Shown piece by piece: positions 39,925 to 53,521 of a DNA stretch of 64,000 nt. Numbering within the stretch: the first letter of the stretch is position 1; the number at the start of each line of letters is the position of its first letter. Below the pieces are notes generated by a model. That model was not told where the DNA came from and searched no databases. It was given only the letters and a program-made list of their open reading frames with translations. The position numbers and the translations under genes were made by a program. This stretch comes from Candidatus Levyibacteriota bacterium (GTDB taxonomy: Bacteria; Patescibacteriota; Microgenomatia; Levybacterales; UBA12049), in assembly GCA_009695045.1 (NCBI GenBank), contig SIBS01000002.1:26774-90773 (forward strand). Direction: 5' to 3'.

Positions 39925-40654
39925 TGCAGTTATACTTACTCGAAATGAAGAAAAAAATATCATTGACTGTATGGAAAGTCTTTATTTTTGTAATGAAATA
40001 GTTATTATTGATGATGTTTCCACAGATAGAACAGTTGAAATTGCAAAAAAAGCAGGAGCTATAGTTTATGAGCATGAATTAAATAATAATTTCTCAAAAC
40101 AAAGAAACTTTGGATTGGAAAAAGCTAAAAATGAATGGATACTATTTATAGATGCAGATGAGAGAATATCAGTAGACTTAAAAAATGAAATAAAATATAA
40201 AATTTTAAAAAAAGGAATAAATGGTTACTCTATTAAAAGAAGTGATTTTTTTTATGGTAAAAAATTATTCCATGGTGAAACATCAAGTATATCGTTAGTT
40301 AGATTAGGAAAAAAAAATCATGGCCTGTGGGATGGTGCAGTGCATGAAGAATGGAAAATTAATGGAAAAATATCTATACTTGATACTCCTTTATTGCATT
40401 ATCCTCATCCTACAATAAATGAATTTTTATTGGAGATAAATTTCTATACTGATTTAAATGCAATGGAATTATTTAATAAAGGAATAAGAGCTACATGGTA
40501 TGATGTTATCATATATCCTGTCGCAAAATTTATACATAATTTTATAATAAGAGCTGGTTTCCAAGATGGAGTTGCTGGAATGATTATTGCAATCATGATG
40601 AGTTTTCATTCATTCTTGGTTAGAGCTAAATTACTAAAATATAATGAAAATTAG
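39917..40654 (+). CDS. Glycosyltransferase family 2 (WaaE/LgtF-like)
   Basis: ILTRNEE, DDVSTDRT, FSKQRNF, IDADE, VHE. Confidence 0.9.
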   Translation: MISAVILTRNEEKNIIDCMESLYFCNEIVIIDDVSTDRTVEIAKKAGAIVYEHELNNNFSKQRNFGLEKAKNEWILFIDADERISVDLKNEIKYKILKKGINGYSIKRSDFFYGKKLFHGETSSISLVRLGKKNHGLWDGAVHEEWKINGKISILDTPLLHYPHPTINEFLLEINFYTDLNAMELFNKGIRATWYDVIIYPVAKFIHNFIIRAGFQDGVAGMIIAIMMSFHSFLVRAKLLKYNEN

Positions 40655-40756
40655 AAAAAATAATATTTCTTATATATCACCTTTTTATATATATATATTT
40701 TTTGTAGTTTATATATTATTCGATTATATACAATATCTTCTTTGCAGGGTTAAAAT

Positions 40757-42343
40757 ATGTTTTCCTTTGCATTTTTAATAACATTATATTCATATACAAT
40801 ATTTTTTATTGGAATTATTGGATTATTATATAAAAATGTAATAGTCTCTATCTCATTATTTTATTCATTTATTGCTATCTACTTATTTTTAAAGAAAAAA
40901 TTATATATTTTATCTCTAAAAATAAATTCAAAAATAGAAGTATTATTTATTAGCATTATCAGTTTACAAGCATTGATAAATATAATAGGCGCATTGGGTC
41001 CGGAATTATCATTTGATTCACTTTGGTATCATCTTACCTTGCCTAAATTGTATTTATTAAATAATAGGATTATGTTTATTCCGGGGGGACTTCTTTATTA
41101 CTCTGCTATGCCAAAACTCTCAGAGATGATATATTTAGGAATTCTAGCGATAAAAAGTGAAGTCTTTGTAAAGATATGTCACTATTTTTTTGGAATCTTT
41201 TCAATTATTGCATTATTTAATTTTTCAAAAAAAATATATTCCAGAACTATATCTTTAATAATCGTAACTATTTTTTACTCAAATTTAGTTGTTGCATGGG
41301 AATCTATAACCTCATATATCGACTTAATTAGAACATTTTATGAAATATTAGCTTTTATATCATTTTACAATTGGATTGAATATAAAAATAAACGATGGCT
41401 AGTATATTCTGCTATTTTATTAGGATCAGCAATATCTGTAAAAATTATTTCTTTTTTTTCACTTATTATTTATTTTATATTAATTATTGTAAACTTTATT
41501 AATCATAAATCATCAATTTATAATTTATTTATTAATTTATTTATATATATATTTATAGCTTTAATTATTCCACTCCCATGGTTTATTTTTTCATATATTA
41601 ATACAGGAAATTTAATTTATCCATTTTTTAATTTATTAAATCATGCAATATTGATAGATCTTCCAAGCTCTTTTGTAAATTTTATATATAAGATCATATT
41701 ATTATTTCTTCGTTCCCCAGATCCTATTTCACCATTATATTTTATATTTATTCCTCTCATATTTATTTATAAATCAAAAAATAAAAATATTATATATTTT
41801 TATATTTATGCATTCATAGCTTTACTTGCATGTATTTTAACTTCAAGTACTGGGGGAAGTAGATTTTTAATGCCATATCTACCAATATGGACACTAATTA
41901 TTGGTGATGTTATTCAAAATATTTATAATATTAAATTCAAAAAATTTATTATTATAATAATAATTATTTTTTCTTTTATCTCGGTACCTTATCGTTTTAT
42001 TGCAAATATACGCTTTATCCCTGTTATACTAGGACTAGAGAGTAAAAATAATTTTCTTAAAAATAATTTAAATTTTAATTTTGGAGATTTTTATGATATT
42101 GATGGATATTTGGATAAAAAAATTAATTATAATGATTCGGTTTTAATATATGATATTCATAATCTTTATTATATAGATTTTCCATATATTCATGAAAGTT
42201 GGTTAAAAAAAAATGATAAGTATAATTTTATAATTTCCAGATCAGTTATTTTTCCATTGAATTTAGATAAAAATAAATGGAAATTAATTTATAGAAATTT
42301 TAAATCAAACGTAATCTTATACGGTAAAATATATGATAATTAA
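40757..42343 (+). CDS. Polytopic membrane protein, probable GT-C superfamily
   Basis: PELSFDSLWYHLTLPK, YIDL, NTGNLIYPF, RFLMP; many TM segments. Confidence 0.65.
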   Translation: MFSFAFLITLYSYTIFFIGIIGLLYKNVIVSISLFYSFIAIYLFLKKKLYILSLKINSKIEVLFISIISLQALINIIGALGPELSFDSLWYHLTLPKLYLLNNRIMFIPGGLLYYSAMPKLSEMIYLGILAIKSEVFVKICHYFFGIFSIIALFNFSKKIYSRTISLIIVTIFYSNLVVAWESITSYIDLIRTFYEILAFISFYNWIEYKNKRWLVYSAILLGSAISVKIISFFSLIIYFILIIVNFINHKSSIYNLFINLFIYIFIALIIPLPWFIFSYINTGNLIYPFFNLLNHAILIDLPSSFVNFIYKIILLFLRSPDPISPLYFIFIPLIFIYKSKNKNIIYFYIYAFIALLACILTSSTGGSRFLMPYLPIWTLIIGDVIQNIYNIKFKKFIIIIIIIFSFISVPYRFIANIRFIPVILGLESKNNFLKNNLNFNFGDFYDIDGYLDKKINYNDSVLIYDIHNLYYIDFPYIHESWLKKNDKYNFIISRSVIFPLNLDKNKWKLIYRNFKSNVILYGKIYDN

Positions 42344-43535
42344 AATTTTTATTTTTATACTTTTTTTGATTTATCCATCTGGCGAAGTTCTTCGTTTTAA
42401 TGTCTATCCAAACGTTTCCCTAACAGTTAATGATATTTGTGTTGGACTTTTTGTCTTTGTATTAATTATATTTAATAATCTAAAAAATTTACCATTTAAA
42501 AATAATATATATATATTTATTGGAGTATGTATCTTATCTTTGTTATATAATTTCGAAAGATTTACTTTTACTCAAATATTTATTTCATCTTTATATATTT
42601 TTAGATGGATTATATATTTTAACCTTTTTTTTATATTTTTTAATCTTAAAGACTATAAATTTACAGAAAAACTTATGATTTTTTCTGGATTTATTTTTAC
42701 TATTTTTGGATATATTCAATATTTTTTTTATAATAATTTAAAAAATCTATATTATTTGGGATGGGATGATCATTTATACCGTTTATTTTCAACATTTCTT
42801 GATCCTAATTTTTCTGGAGCCTTTTTAGTACTTTATTTATTTTTTTTAGTTGGAATCTATTATTCACAAAAGTTAATTTCTTACAAGAAATTAACTTTAT
42901 ATTTAATTCTATTTACTATTCCAGCAATATTTTTAACTTATTCTCGTTCTTCTCTTATAATGCTTATTACAGGTGGATTTTTTCTATTATGGTTTTTAAA
43001 TAAAAAAAAACAAATTATTTATTTTATTTTAATTATTATTCTATTTGTTGTAACTTCTTTTAAATATTCTACAATTGAAAATATGAATCTTTTGAGAACA
43101 GCATCTATTAATGCAAGAATATCAAGTGCTAAAGAAGCAATTACTATAATAATAGATAATCCATTAATAGGTATTGGTTTTAATACATATAGATATACTC
43201 AATTAAAATATAAATTTAGAACTGATAACATACCATATATTAGTCATTCAGATGCTGGAACTGATAATAGCTTCCTTTTTATCTTAGCAACAACAGGGAT
43301 AATTGGATTAATATCTTTTAGTTTATTAATTTACCAAATAATAAATAAAACTTACATATCAATGATAAAATATAATAATATTTATGCTCCTATATTTATA
43401 TCATCTTTTATTGGAATACTAGTAAACTCTCAATTTATAAATAGTTTATTTTATCCATTTATAATGGAATGGTTATGGATTCTTTTGGCGTTATCAGTAA
43501 GACAAAAAAATATTAAGGAGAGTAATTTAATTTAA
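42333..43535 (+). CDS. O-antigen ligase/Wzy_C-family membrane protein
   Basis: RLFSTFLDPNF, LTYSRS, NPLIGIGFN, DNSFLFILATTGIIG. Confidence 0.85.
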   Translation: MIIKIFIFILFLIYPSGEVLRFNVYPNVSLTVNDICVGLFVFVLIIFNNLKNLPFKNNIYIFIGVCILSLLYNFERFTFTQIFISSLYIFRWIIYFNLFFIFFNLKDYKFTEKLMIFSGFIFTIFGYIQYFFYNNLKNLYYLGWDDHLYRLFSTFLDPNFSGAFLVLYLFFLVGIYYSQKLISYKKLTLYLILFTIPAIFLTYSRSSLIMLITGGFFLLWFLNKKKQIIYFILIIILFVVTSFKYSTIENMNLLRTASINARISSAKEAITIIIDNPLIGIGFNTYRYTQLKYKFRTDNIPYISHSDAGTDNSFLFILATTGIIGLISFSLLIYQIINKTYISMIKYNNIYAPIFISSFIGILVNSQFINSLFYPFIMEWLWILLALSVRQKNIKESNLI

Positions 43536-44220
43536 TTTCCCTTTTTGTCTTATTTGTTGCGATATCTTCTGCAATTACTATAATTTTATTCTCACCGTTT
43601 TGAAGATTTATTTCATACTCAAAAAATCCATTATCATTAACAATTGCCCATATTCCATTTATTGTTATTTTAACATCTGAATCAGTTTTTCCTTTTATTT
43701 TAATTTTATTATCTTTAGAAAAAGATTCTCCCTCTCGTGGAGAATCTATGGCTAGCGAAGGTGGTTCTTTTTTATACTCAATAATTATTTTATTTGAAAA
43801 ATCTGTTATTTTTTTATCAATAATTGCCTTCGTAAGAATAGTATTTTTACCTTTTTTTAAATATATATTCGAAAAAACAAATGATCCATTATCATTTGTT
43901 TTAGTTTTTTCAATTTCAATTTCATTTATAAAAAGGATTATTATTTGTTTTGATCCAGATGATCCACTTATTTCCAATATCGCACTACTTGTTGCAATTT
44001 GCTGCGTATTAAGTGTTGGTGGTTGAATAAAATTATTCTTATTTTCTGAAATTTCTACTATATTTTTTGTTCCAGATAAAAATGTACTTACCCATATAAT
44101 TATAGGTATTAGAAATTTCATTAATAAAAAAATCAGAATTATTATCCCAATAATATTGATAAAGAGTTTTTTTTTAGTTCTATTTTCTAATCTTCTTGAA
44201 AGTCTACTATTATTGATCAT
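43513..44220 (-). CDS. Membrane-anchored protein with two Ig-like domains
   Basis: N-terminal TM; repeated beta-rich units (GSFVF..L..GKNTI, G.FEY.I.L..GENKI.V.A.D). Confidence 0.7.
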   Translation of the reverse strand: MINNSRLSRRLENRTKKKLFINIIGIIILIFLLMKFLIPIIIWVSTFLSGTKNIVEISENKNNFIQPPTLNTQQIATSSAILEISGSSGSKQIIILFINEIEIEKTKTNDNGSFVFSNIYLKKGKNTILTKAIIDKKITDFSNKIIIEYKKEPPSLAIDSPREGESFSKDNKIKIKGKTDSDVKITINGIWAIVNDNGFFEYEINLQNGENKIIVIAEDIATNKTKREIKLNYSP

Positions 44221-44234
44221 GGTTTATATTTATG

Positions 44235-44307
44235 AGCCGATGGTGAGATTTGAACTCACGACTTGCTCTTTACGAAAGAGCTACTCTACCAACTGAGTTA
44301 CATCGGC
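44235..44307 (-). tRNA. tRNA-Thr(CGT)
   Basis: Acceptor GCCGATG/CATCGGC, D-stem ACTC/GAGT, anticodon arm GCTCT-TTCGTAA-AGAGC, T-arm GTGAG-TTCAAAT-CTCAC; CCA not encoded. Confidence 0.94.
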
Positions 44308-44320
44308 ATCATGCAGTAAC

Positions 44321-44349
44321 ATTGTATGAAATTTTTTAAAAACTATCAA
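44321..44349 (-). promoter_or_regulatory. Putative sigma70 promoter for tRNA-Thr
   Basis: TTGATA-17 nt-TACAAT on the minus strand, 13 nt upstream of the tRNA. Confidence 0.6.
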
Positions 44350-44351
44350 TC

Positions 44352-44984
44352 TTAATGTGGATTATTATTCTCTAGATATTTTTTTCCATGACCAATATTA
44401 ATATTTATAGGGACTCCTTTTTTACAAAGTGGACAATCTGTCTTATCATAATCAATAATGGATATTTCACCTAGTGATTGAAAAGGATATCCAATAGTTT
44501 TCTCATTAACTAATACTGGGTTTCTATTTATCATGACTCCTATTGATATTATTTTTCCACCATTATTTAATACGCTTTCTATTACTTTTCTTACTGAACC
44601 TCCGGTTGTCGTTAGATCTTCTACTATTAATACGTTTTTTTTATTTATTAGCTTGTCATATCCACGTGTAAATACCTGATTTTTTTCAGAAGTTTTTTCT
44701 GTATAGATTCCAAGTATATTTCTATTTTCTAATTTAGTTAAATGATGCGCTGTCCATTGAGATAAAATAATTCCCCCAATTGCTGGACCTGCCACGATAT
44801 CAATATTCATATTTTTAAATTTTTCTGCAAAAAGTTGACCAATTGTTGAAGATTCATCAGTATGTGGATATATTGCATCTTTATTTATATAAACAGAGCC
44901 ATGTTTTCCCGATGTATACACGAAGTGATCATCAGTGACAATTGCGTTAGTTCTTTTTAATATTGAAATAATATTATTTATCAT
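44352..44984 (-). CDS. pyrE: Orotate phosphoribosyltransferase
   Basis: HFVYTSGKH, GPAIGGI, VLIVEDLTTTGGS PRPP motif; overlaps pyrF. Confidence 0.88.
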   Translation of the reverse strand: MINNIISILKRTNAIVTDDHFVYTSGKHGSVYINKDAIYPHTDESSTIGQLFAEKFKNMNIDIVAGPAIGGIILSQWTAHHLTKLENRNILGIYTEKTSEKNQVFTRGYDKLINKKNVLIVEDLTTTGGSVRKVIESVLNNGGKIISIGVMINRNPVLVNEKTIGYPFQSLGEISIIDYDKTDCPLCKKGVPININIGHGKKYLENNNPH

Positions 44985-45790
44985 CTAAATTGATTGATTA
45001 TGCTTCTGGCTTCTATAGCTTTTTCTCTTGCTATTTCTGCAAAATTATTATTATTTGATCCATAAATAATATTTCTGCTTGAATTATATATAATTCCACC
45101 CTTGTTCATGTCAATTCCTGCTTTTACTGCTTTTTCGATATCTGCTGATTGAGTACCAATTCCTGCTGAAAGAAAAATACGATTAGGAAATATCTTTCTA
45201 ATATTATTTAATTGATTGGGATAAGTTGCTCCAACAAAAATACCAAAATTATCATAATTCCATTTTGAAATTATTTTTGATATTACAATATGATATGGTT
45301 CACCATTCACAGATATATCCTGAAACATTCCGGAATCCGGATTAGAAGTTTTGATAAGAAAAATTGTTAATCTATCTTTATATTCAAGATATGGGAGAAT
45401 AGAATCCAGTCCTAAGTTAGGGGAAATCGTAACAGAGTCTATGTCCCAATACTCATAAGCTGTTTTCGCATAAAGTCTTGCGGTATTGGGTACATCGCCT
45501 CGTTTTGCATCAAGTATAATTATTGTTTTAGGGTACAGTTTTTTTAGATAATCTATCGTTTTTTTTAGTTCTAATAAGCCATCTATCCCAAGCGCTTCAT
45601 AAAAAGCTATATTTGGTTTATATGCACAAACTAAATCATTTGTTGCATCAATTATTTCCTTATTGAAGTAAAATATATCATTTATATTGTTTAAATTCTT
45701 TGGTAATTTTGATAATTCAGGGTCAAGCCCAATGCACAAAAGGGAATTATTCTCTTTAACTATTAAGTCTAATTTATTTATAAATTTCAT
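44981..45790 (-). CDS. pyrF: Orotidine-5'-phosphate decarboxylase (type 2)
   Basis: LCIGLDP, YKPNIAFYE, ILDAKRGD, KTSNP, VGATYP, NSSR. Confidence 0.93.
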   Translation of the reverse strand: MKFINKLDLIVKENNSLLCIGLDPELSKLPKNLNNINDIFYFNKEIIDATNDLVCAYKPNIAFYEALGIDGLLELKKTIDYLKKLYPKTIIILDAKRGDVPNTARLYAKTAYEYWDIDSVTISPNLGLDSILPYLEYKDRLTIFLIKTSNPDSGMFQDISVNGEPYHIVISKIISKWNYDNFGIFVGATYPNQLNNIRKIFPNRIFLSAGIGTQSADIEKAVKAGIDMNKGGIIYNSSRNIIYGSNNNNFAEIAREKAIEARSIINQFR

Positions 45791-45894
45791 GAATTTCTTC
45801 TAACTTATTAAAAGCTATATTTATTTTATAAATTTATTATAAATAATATTTATAATTTATGCTATATATTTTAATATATACATATATAATAAAA

Positions 45895-45923
45895 AATAAA
45901 CCTCACTTTTTGTGAGGTTTATT
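45895..45923 (-). terminator. Intrinsic terminator downstream of the cold-shock gene
   Basis: AATAAACCTCAC / GTGAGGTTTATT inverted repeat with 5-nt loop; U-run follows on the minus strand. Confidence 0.75.
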
Positions 45924-45975
45924 AATTAATACTACTTAACATCGATAAGTAATCTTTTGTTAAGAATTAAAAGTA

Positions 45976-46173
45976 TTATGCTCGTTTTACATTTTTAGCA
46001 CTTGGTCCTTTTGGACCATCTACTACGTCAAAGCTAACGATTTCGCCAACTCCAACTTCGTCAAAGGTAACGCCATTTAAATCTTTTGAATGAAAAAAAA
46101 GATCTTTTGCTTCACCTTCTCGGCTAATAAATCCAAATCCTCTATCTGTTTTTGTTTTAATAGTACCAGTCAT
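45976..46173 (-). CDS. Cold-shock domain protein
   Basis: RGFGFI, DLFFH, GPKGPSAKNV. Confidence 0.93.
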   Translation of the reverse strand: MTGTIKTKTDRGFGFISREGEAKDLFFHSKDLNGVTFDEVGVGEIVSFDVVDGPKGPSAKNVKRA

Positions 46174-46232
46174 AGTTTTTTTATAAATTTAATAAATAAA
46201 TCTAATTGTCTCCTTTCTTTAGAAGAATTATA

Positions 46233-47318
46233 TCATAAATATATTTTTTCTTCAATTTGATACGCAAGAAGAGGATTCCACATTGCTCCAGTTGCTGATT
46301 GCACAGCATTTGCACCTGCCTTTATATAATCTGTGAAATCTACTGGAGACATCATTCCTCCAACACCAATAATCTCATAAGAATAATTAAATCTCTCTTT
46401 TAATAAATTGAGTCTTCTTACCATATCTATTCCTGCCCATTTTATACTAGCCCCGCATACGCCACTGATGAGTCTATTGGGTCCAGGAAGTGCCTGTAGT
46501 CCATTATTATCAACAATAGGTGCTGGTATGGTATTGATGGCTACAATTCCATGAACAAAGGGAGATATCTTTTTAACAACATCTTCTAATAAATCTTGTT
46601 GATCTTTGGTGAAATATCCTAACTTTGCCAATATTGGAATATTTCCAACTTTTTCTTTTGTTTTTTTGCAAATTGATTCTACAGCACTAGGTGTATAGCA
46701 AATTACGCCTTCATTAGCTACGTTTGGGCAAGAAAGATTAATTTCTATTACTTTTACTCCTGTTTCTTTTGCAAGCATTGCTGTATGGGCAAAATCATTA
46801 TAGTAATCTTCTTCCGTATAGCCATTTTTTATTGTTCCAACAACACTTGCAATTAGAAGTTGTCCAGATTTTTGATATGATAATGCTTTTTTCATATCCT
46901 CCTGCCATATTTCTGGGCCCATTGATGGGATACCAAAAGAATTAGTTATGCTAAACTGTATTTTTGATTTTTTTGTTGACTTTTTTCCTATAAGTGGTTT
47001 TTTTGTTTTTTTAATCGTTAAATTTCCGTCAATATCTACATATAATACATTTGGAAATGAGTTACATGGAAAAATAATGCTTCTTTGTGTTTTATAGTGA
47101 TTTACATCGAAACCAAAATTAAATGCTTCCTTCATAAATTGTGAATTAAGTAGTGGTCCTGCTGGAATTCCAAAAGGCAGATTAACATCAAAACCGAATA
47201 ATTTATAAGTTGTATACTTTTTCCTTTTGAGAGGTTTTATATTTGCGTTAAATAATGGAGGTCCATTTTTATAGTTTTCTTCATAGCTAATTTTTGGATC
47301 ATAAAATACAGGATTCAT
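46233..47318 (-). CDS. Dihydroorotate dehydrogenase-like FMN TIM-barrel protein (start likely ATG 47318)
   Basis: PFGIPAG, NSFG, EINLSCPN, INTI, IIGVGG, GANAVQ; near pyrF/pyrE. Confidence 0.78.
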   Translation of the reverse strand: MNPVFYDPKISYEENYKNGPPLFNANIKPLKRKKYTTYKLFGFDVNLPFGIPAGPLLNSQFMKEAFNFGFDVNHYKTQRSIIFPCNSFPNVLYVDIDGNLTIKKTKKPLIGKKSTKKSKIQFSITNSFGIPSMGPEIWQEDMKKALSYQKSGQLLIASVVGTIKNGYTEEDYYNDFAHTAMLAKETGVKVIEINLSCPNVANEGVICYTPSAVESICKKTKEKVGNIPILAKLGYFTKDQQDLLEDVVKKISPFVHGIVAINTIPAPIVDNNGLQALPGPNRLISGVCGASIKWAGIDMVRRLNLLKERFNYSYEIIGVGGMMSPVDFTDYIKAGANAVQSATGAMWNPLLAYQIEEKIYL

Positions 47319-47322
47319 ATGA

Positions 47323-49984
<2,662 letters not shown>

Positions 49985-49985
<1 letters not shown>

Positions 49986-51526
49986 TATTTCTTAATCTCC
50001 TTTGATATTTTATTAAATGAATTTTTAAATGCTTCTAATGCTTTTTTCATTTCATTTAATGTTGTCTCTTTTATTTTTTCTCCACTTGCAAGTAAATCTA
50101 TTACATTTTTATAATTTGCATTGACAAAGGAGTGCATTTCTAATTCGAATCTCTGTACATCTTCAATCTTTATATTATCAAGGCATCCATTTCCAACACA
50201 CCAAATACTTAGTATTTGAAATGCTTCTGAAAGGGGATTATATTGTGATTGTTTAAGAATCTCAACTGTTCTCTTGCCTCGTTCTAGTTGTGAAATTGTT
50301 GCTACATCTAGTTCGCTTCCAAATTGTGCAAATGCTTCAAGTGCTCTAAATTGTGCAAGCTCTAATCTTGTTTTTCCTGCAATTGATTTCATTGCTTTGG
50401 TCTGGGCTGATCCACCAATCCTTGATACAGAATTACCAGCGTTAATTGCTGGCCTTATACCGCTATTGAATAAGTCAGATTGTAGGAAAATTTGTCCATC
50501 CGTAATTGAAATTACATTTGTCGCAATATATGCAGATATATCTCCTGCCTGTGTTTCGATAATTGGAAACGAAGTTATGGATCCACCGCCAAGATCTTTA
50601 TTAAGCTTCACGGATCTTTCTAGTAGTCGACTATGAAGATAGAAAATATCTCCAGGATATGCTTCTCTCCCAGCTGGTCGCCTAAGAACGAGAGATAGTT
50701 GCCTATATGCCCATGCATGCTTTGTTAGATCGTCATAAACTATCAATACATCTTCACCTTTCTCCATGAAATATTCCGCAATAGATGTCCCCGCATAAGG
50801 TGCAAGATATTGTTGCGCTGCGGAATCAGAAGCGCCAGCAACTACAACAACCGTATAATGAAATGAACCTTCGTCTTTTAATCTTTGTATTATTTGCGCT
50901 ACGGTACTTTGCTTTTGTCCGATGGCTACATATATACATATTACTTGTTTTTGAGTTTTTAGAATATTTTTTTGATTTATAATTGCATCTATTGCCACTG
51001 CTGTTTTACCCAAGCCTCTATCACCAATAATAAGTTCCCTTTGACCTCTGCCTACGGGAATCATTGTATCTATTGCTTTTATGCCTGTTTTAAGTGGAGT
51101 ATCGACTGGTTCACGATCAATTACACCAGCTGCAATTCTTTCAAGTGGAATACTTTTTCCTTTTTCAATTTTAATTTTACCATCTAAAGAGTCTCCCATG
51201 GGATTTACAACTCTACCAAGAATTTCATCAGATACATTAATGCTAAGAAGATTTCCTGTACTTTTTACAGTGTCTCCCTCGCGAAGTGATCCTCCTCCGC
51301 TTAAAACTATAATAGATACGAATTCTTCATCGAGATTAAATACGACACCAGTGCTATCGTCTGAAAAAATAACAATTTCCCCCATACCAACCCTTGATAA
51401 TCCAGAAGCGGTAATAACACCATCAGTATTTTTAATAACTTTTCCTACGTTATCTGTTTTAGGATCGTTAGAAAATGTCATAAGACGTTTTTCCAATTTT
51501 TCAATTATTTCATTACTATTAATCAT
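49985..51526 (-). CDS. atpA: ATP synthase F1 alpha subunit
   Basis: GRGQRELIIGDR..GKT, RRPAGREAYPGDIFYLHSRLLER, SRIGG. Confidence 0.97.
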
Positions 51527-51878
51527 AATTTTCGGTAATATGTGCGATAAGATTATCTAGTGTGTTCTTTAGATTATACTCCGAAATGATGTCTTTGTTA
51601 ACCACTCTCATCCCAGTAATAATGGATGGATCCACATCGAAAACAATTTTCTTATTTGGGAAAACTTCTTTCAGTTTTTTTTCCTCATCTATGCTTGGCA
51701 AAGTTGCTAATTTTACTAAGACGCTTTTATCCTCTTCATATTTTTTTAATGCAATTATATACTGTTTTAATTGGGTACGAGAAAGTAAATCAGTTAACTT
51801 TTCTACGGTTGCTTCATCTAATTCATCATCACTTTTATAACTAGTAATAACTAAATCTTTAATTTGTTTTTTTGTCAT
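51519..51878 (-). CDS. atpH: ATP synthase delta subunit (short)
   Basis: Position between atpF and atpA; VDPSIITGMRV C-terminal motif. Confidence 0.75.
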   Translation of the reverse strand: MTKKQIKDLVITSYKSDDELDEATVEKLTDLLSRTQLKQYIIALKKYEEDKSVLVKLATLPSIDEEKKLKEVFPNKKIVFDVDPSIITGMRVVNKDIISEYNLKNTLDNLIAHITENYD

Positions 51879-52384
51879 TAATTTGCCTTTCCTTGAATTT
51901 GTTTAGTTAATTTATCTATTATTTCTTTATGTGTTTTTTCTGAAAGTGAATTTTTTAGACTTTTTTCTAATATTTTTAATGCAAGCTTAGATACATCAGC
52001 AATAAGTGTATATTCTGCTTGTTTTATTTCTTGTATAATTTGATTTCTTGCTTCTTTAATAATTCTTTCTCCTTGTTTTTGTCCAGATTCCTCACTCAGC
52101 TTAATAATATTTATTGACTGATTTTTTGCTTCTTCAATAATTTTTACAGCTTCACCTTGTGCCTTTCTTAATATTTGTTTTTCTTCATCTATAGCTCTTT
52201 TCATTCGAATGCTATATTCATCAGCTTGATTAAGTCCTTCATCAATAAATTGTTGTCTTTTTCTTAACATATCTAATAGAGGTTTGTATAGAAATTTTTT
52301 TAAAATAAATAAAATAATAATAAAATTAATAATTTGTGCTGAAAAAAGTTTTATATCAAATCCAAACTGATGCATTATTTCCAT
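51878..52384 (-). CDS. atpF: ATP synthase Fo b subunit
   Basis: AQIINF, FLYKPL..L.KR, coiled coil. Confidence 0.92.
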   Translation of the reverse strand: MEIMHQFGFDIKLFSAQIINFIIILFILKKFLYKPLLDMLRKRQQFIDEGLNQADEYSIRMKRAIDEEKQILRKAQGEAVKIIEEAKNQSINIIKLSEESGQKQGERIIKEARNQIIQEIKQAEYTLIADVSKLALKILEKSLKNSLSEKTHKEIIDKLTKQIQGKAN

Positions 52385-52487
52385 AAAATTATAAAATTCA
52401 AATATATATTTAAACGAAGGATCTTAATTTATATTAAGATACCTCGTCCGAATATATCGGACTTAAGATTTTTCAATTATTTAAAAC

Positions 52488-53434
<947 letters not shown>

Positions 53435-53521
53435 AAATTAATTTAACTAATTTTAATGGTATTATAATAACAAGTCAAGACATATAGATATAATCTATCC
53501 CATATAAGCAAGTAACTATAG

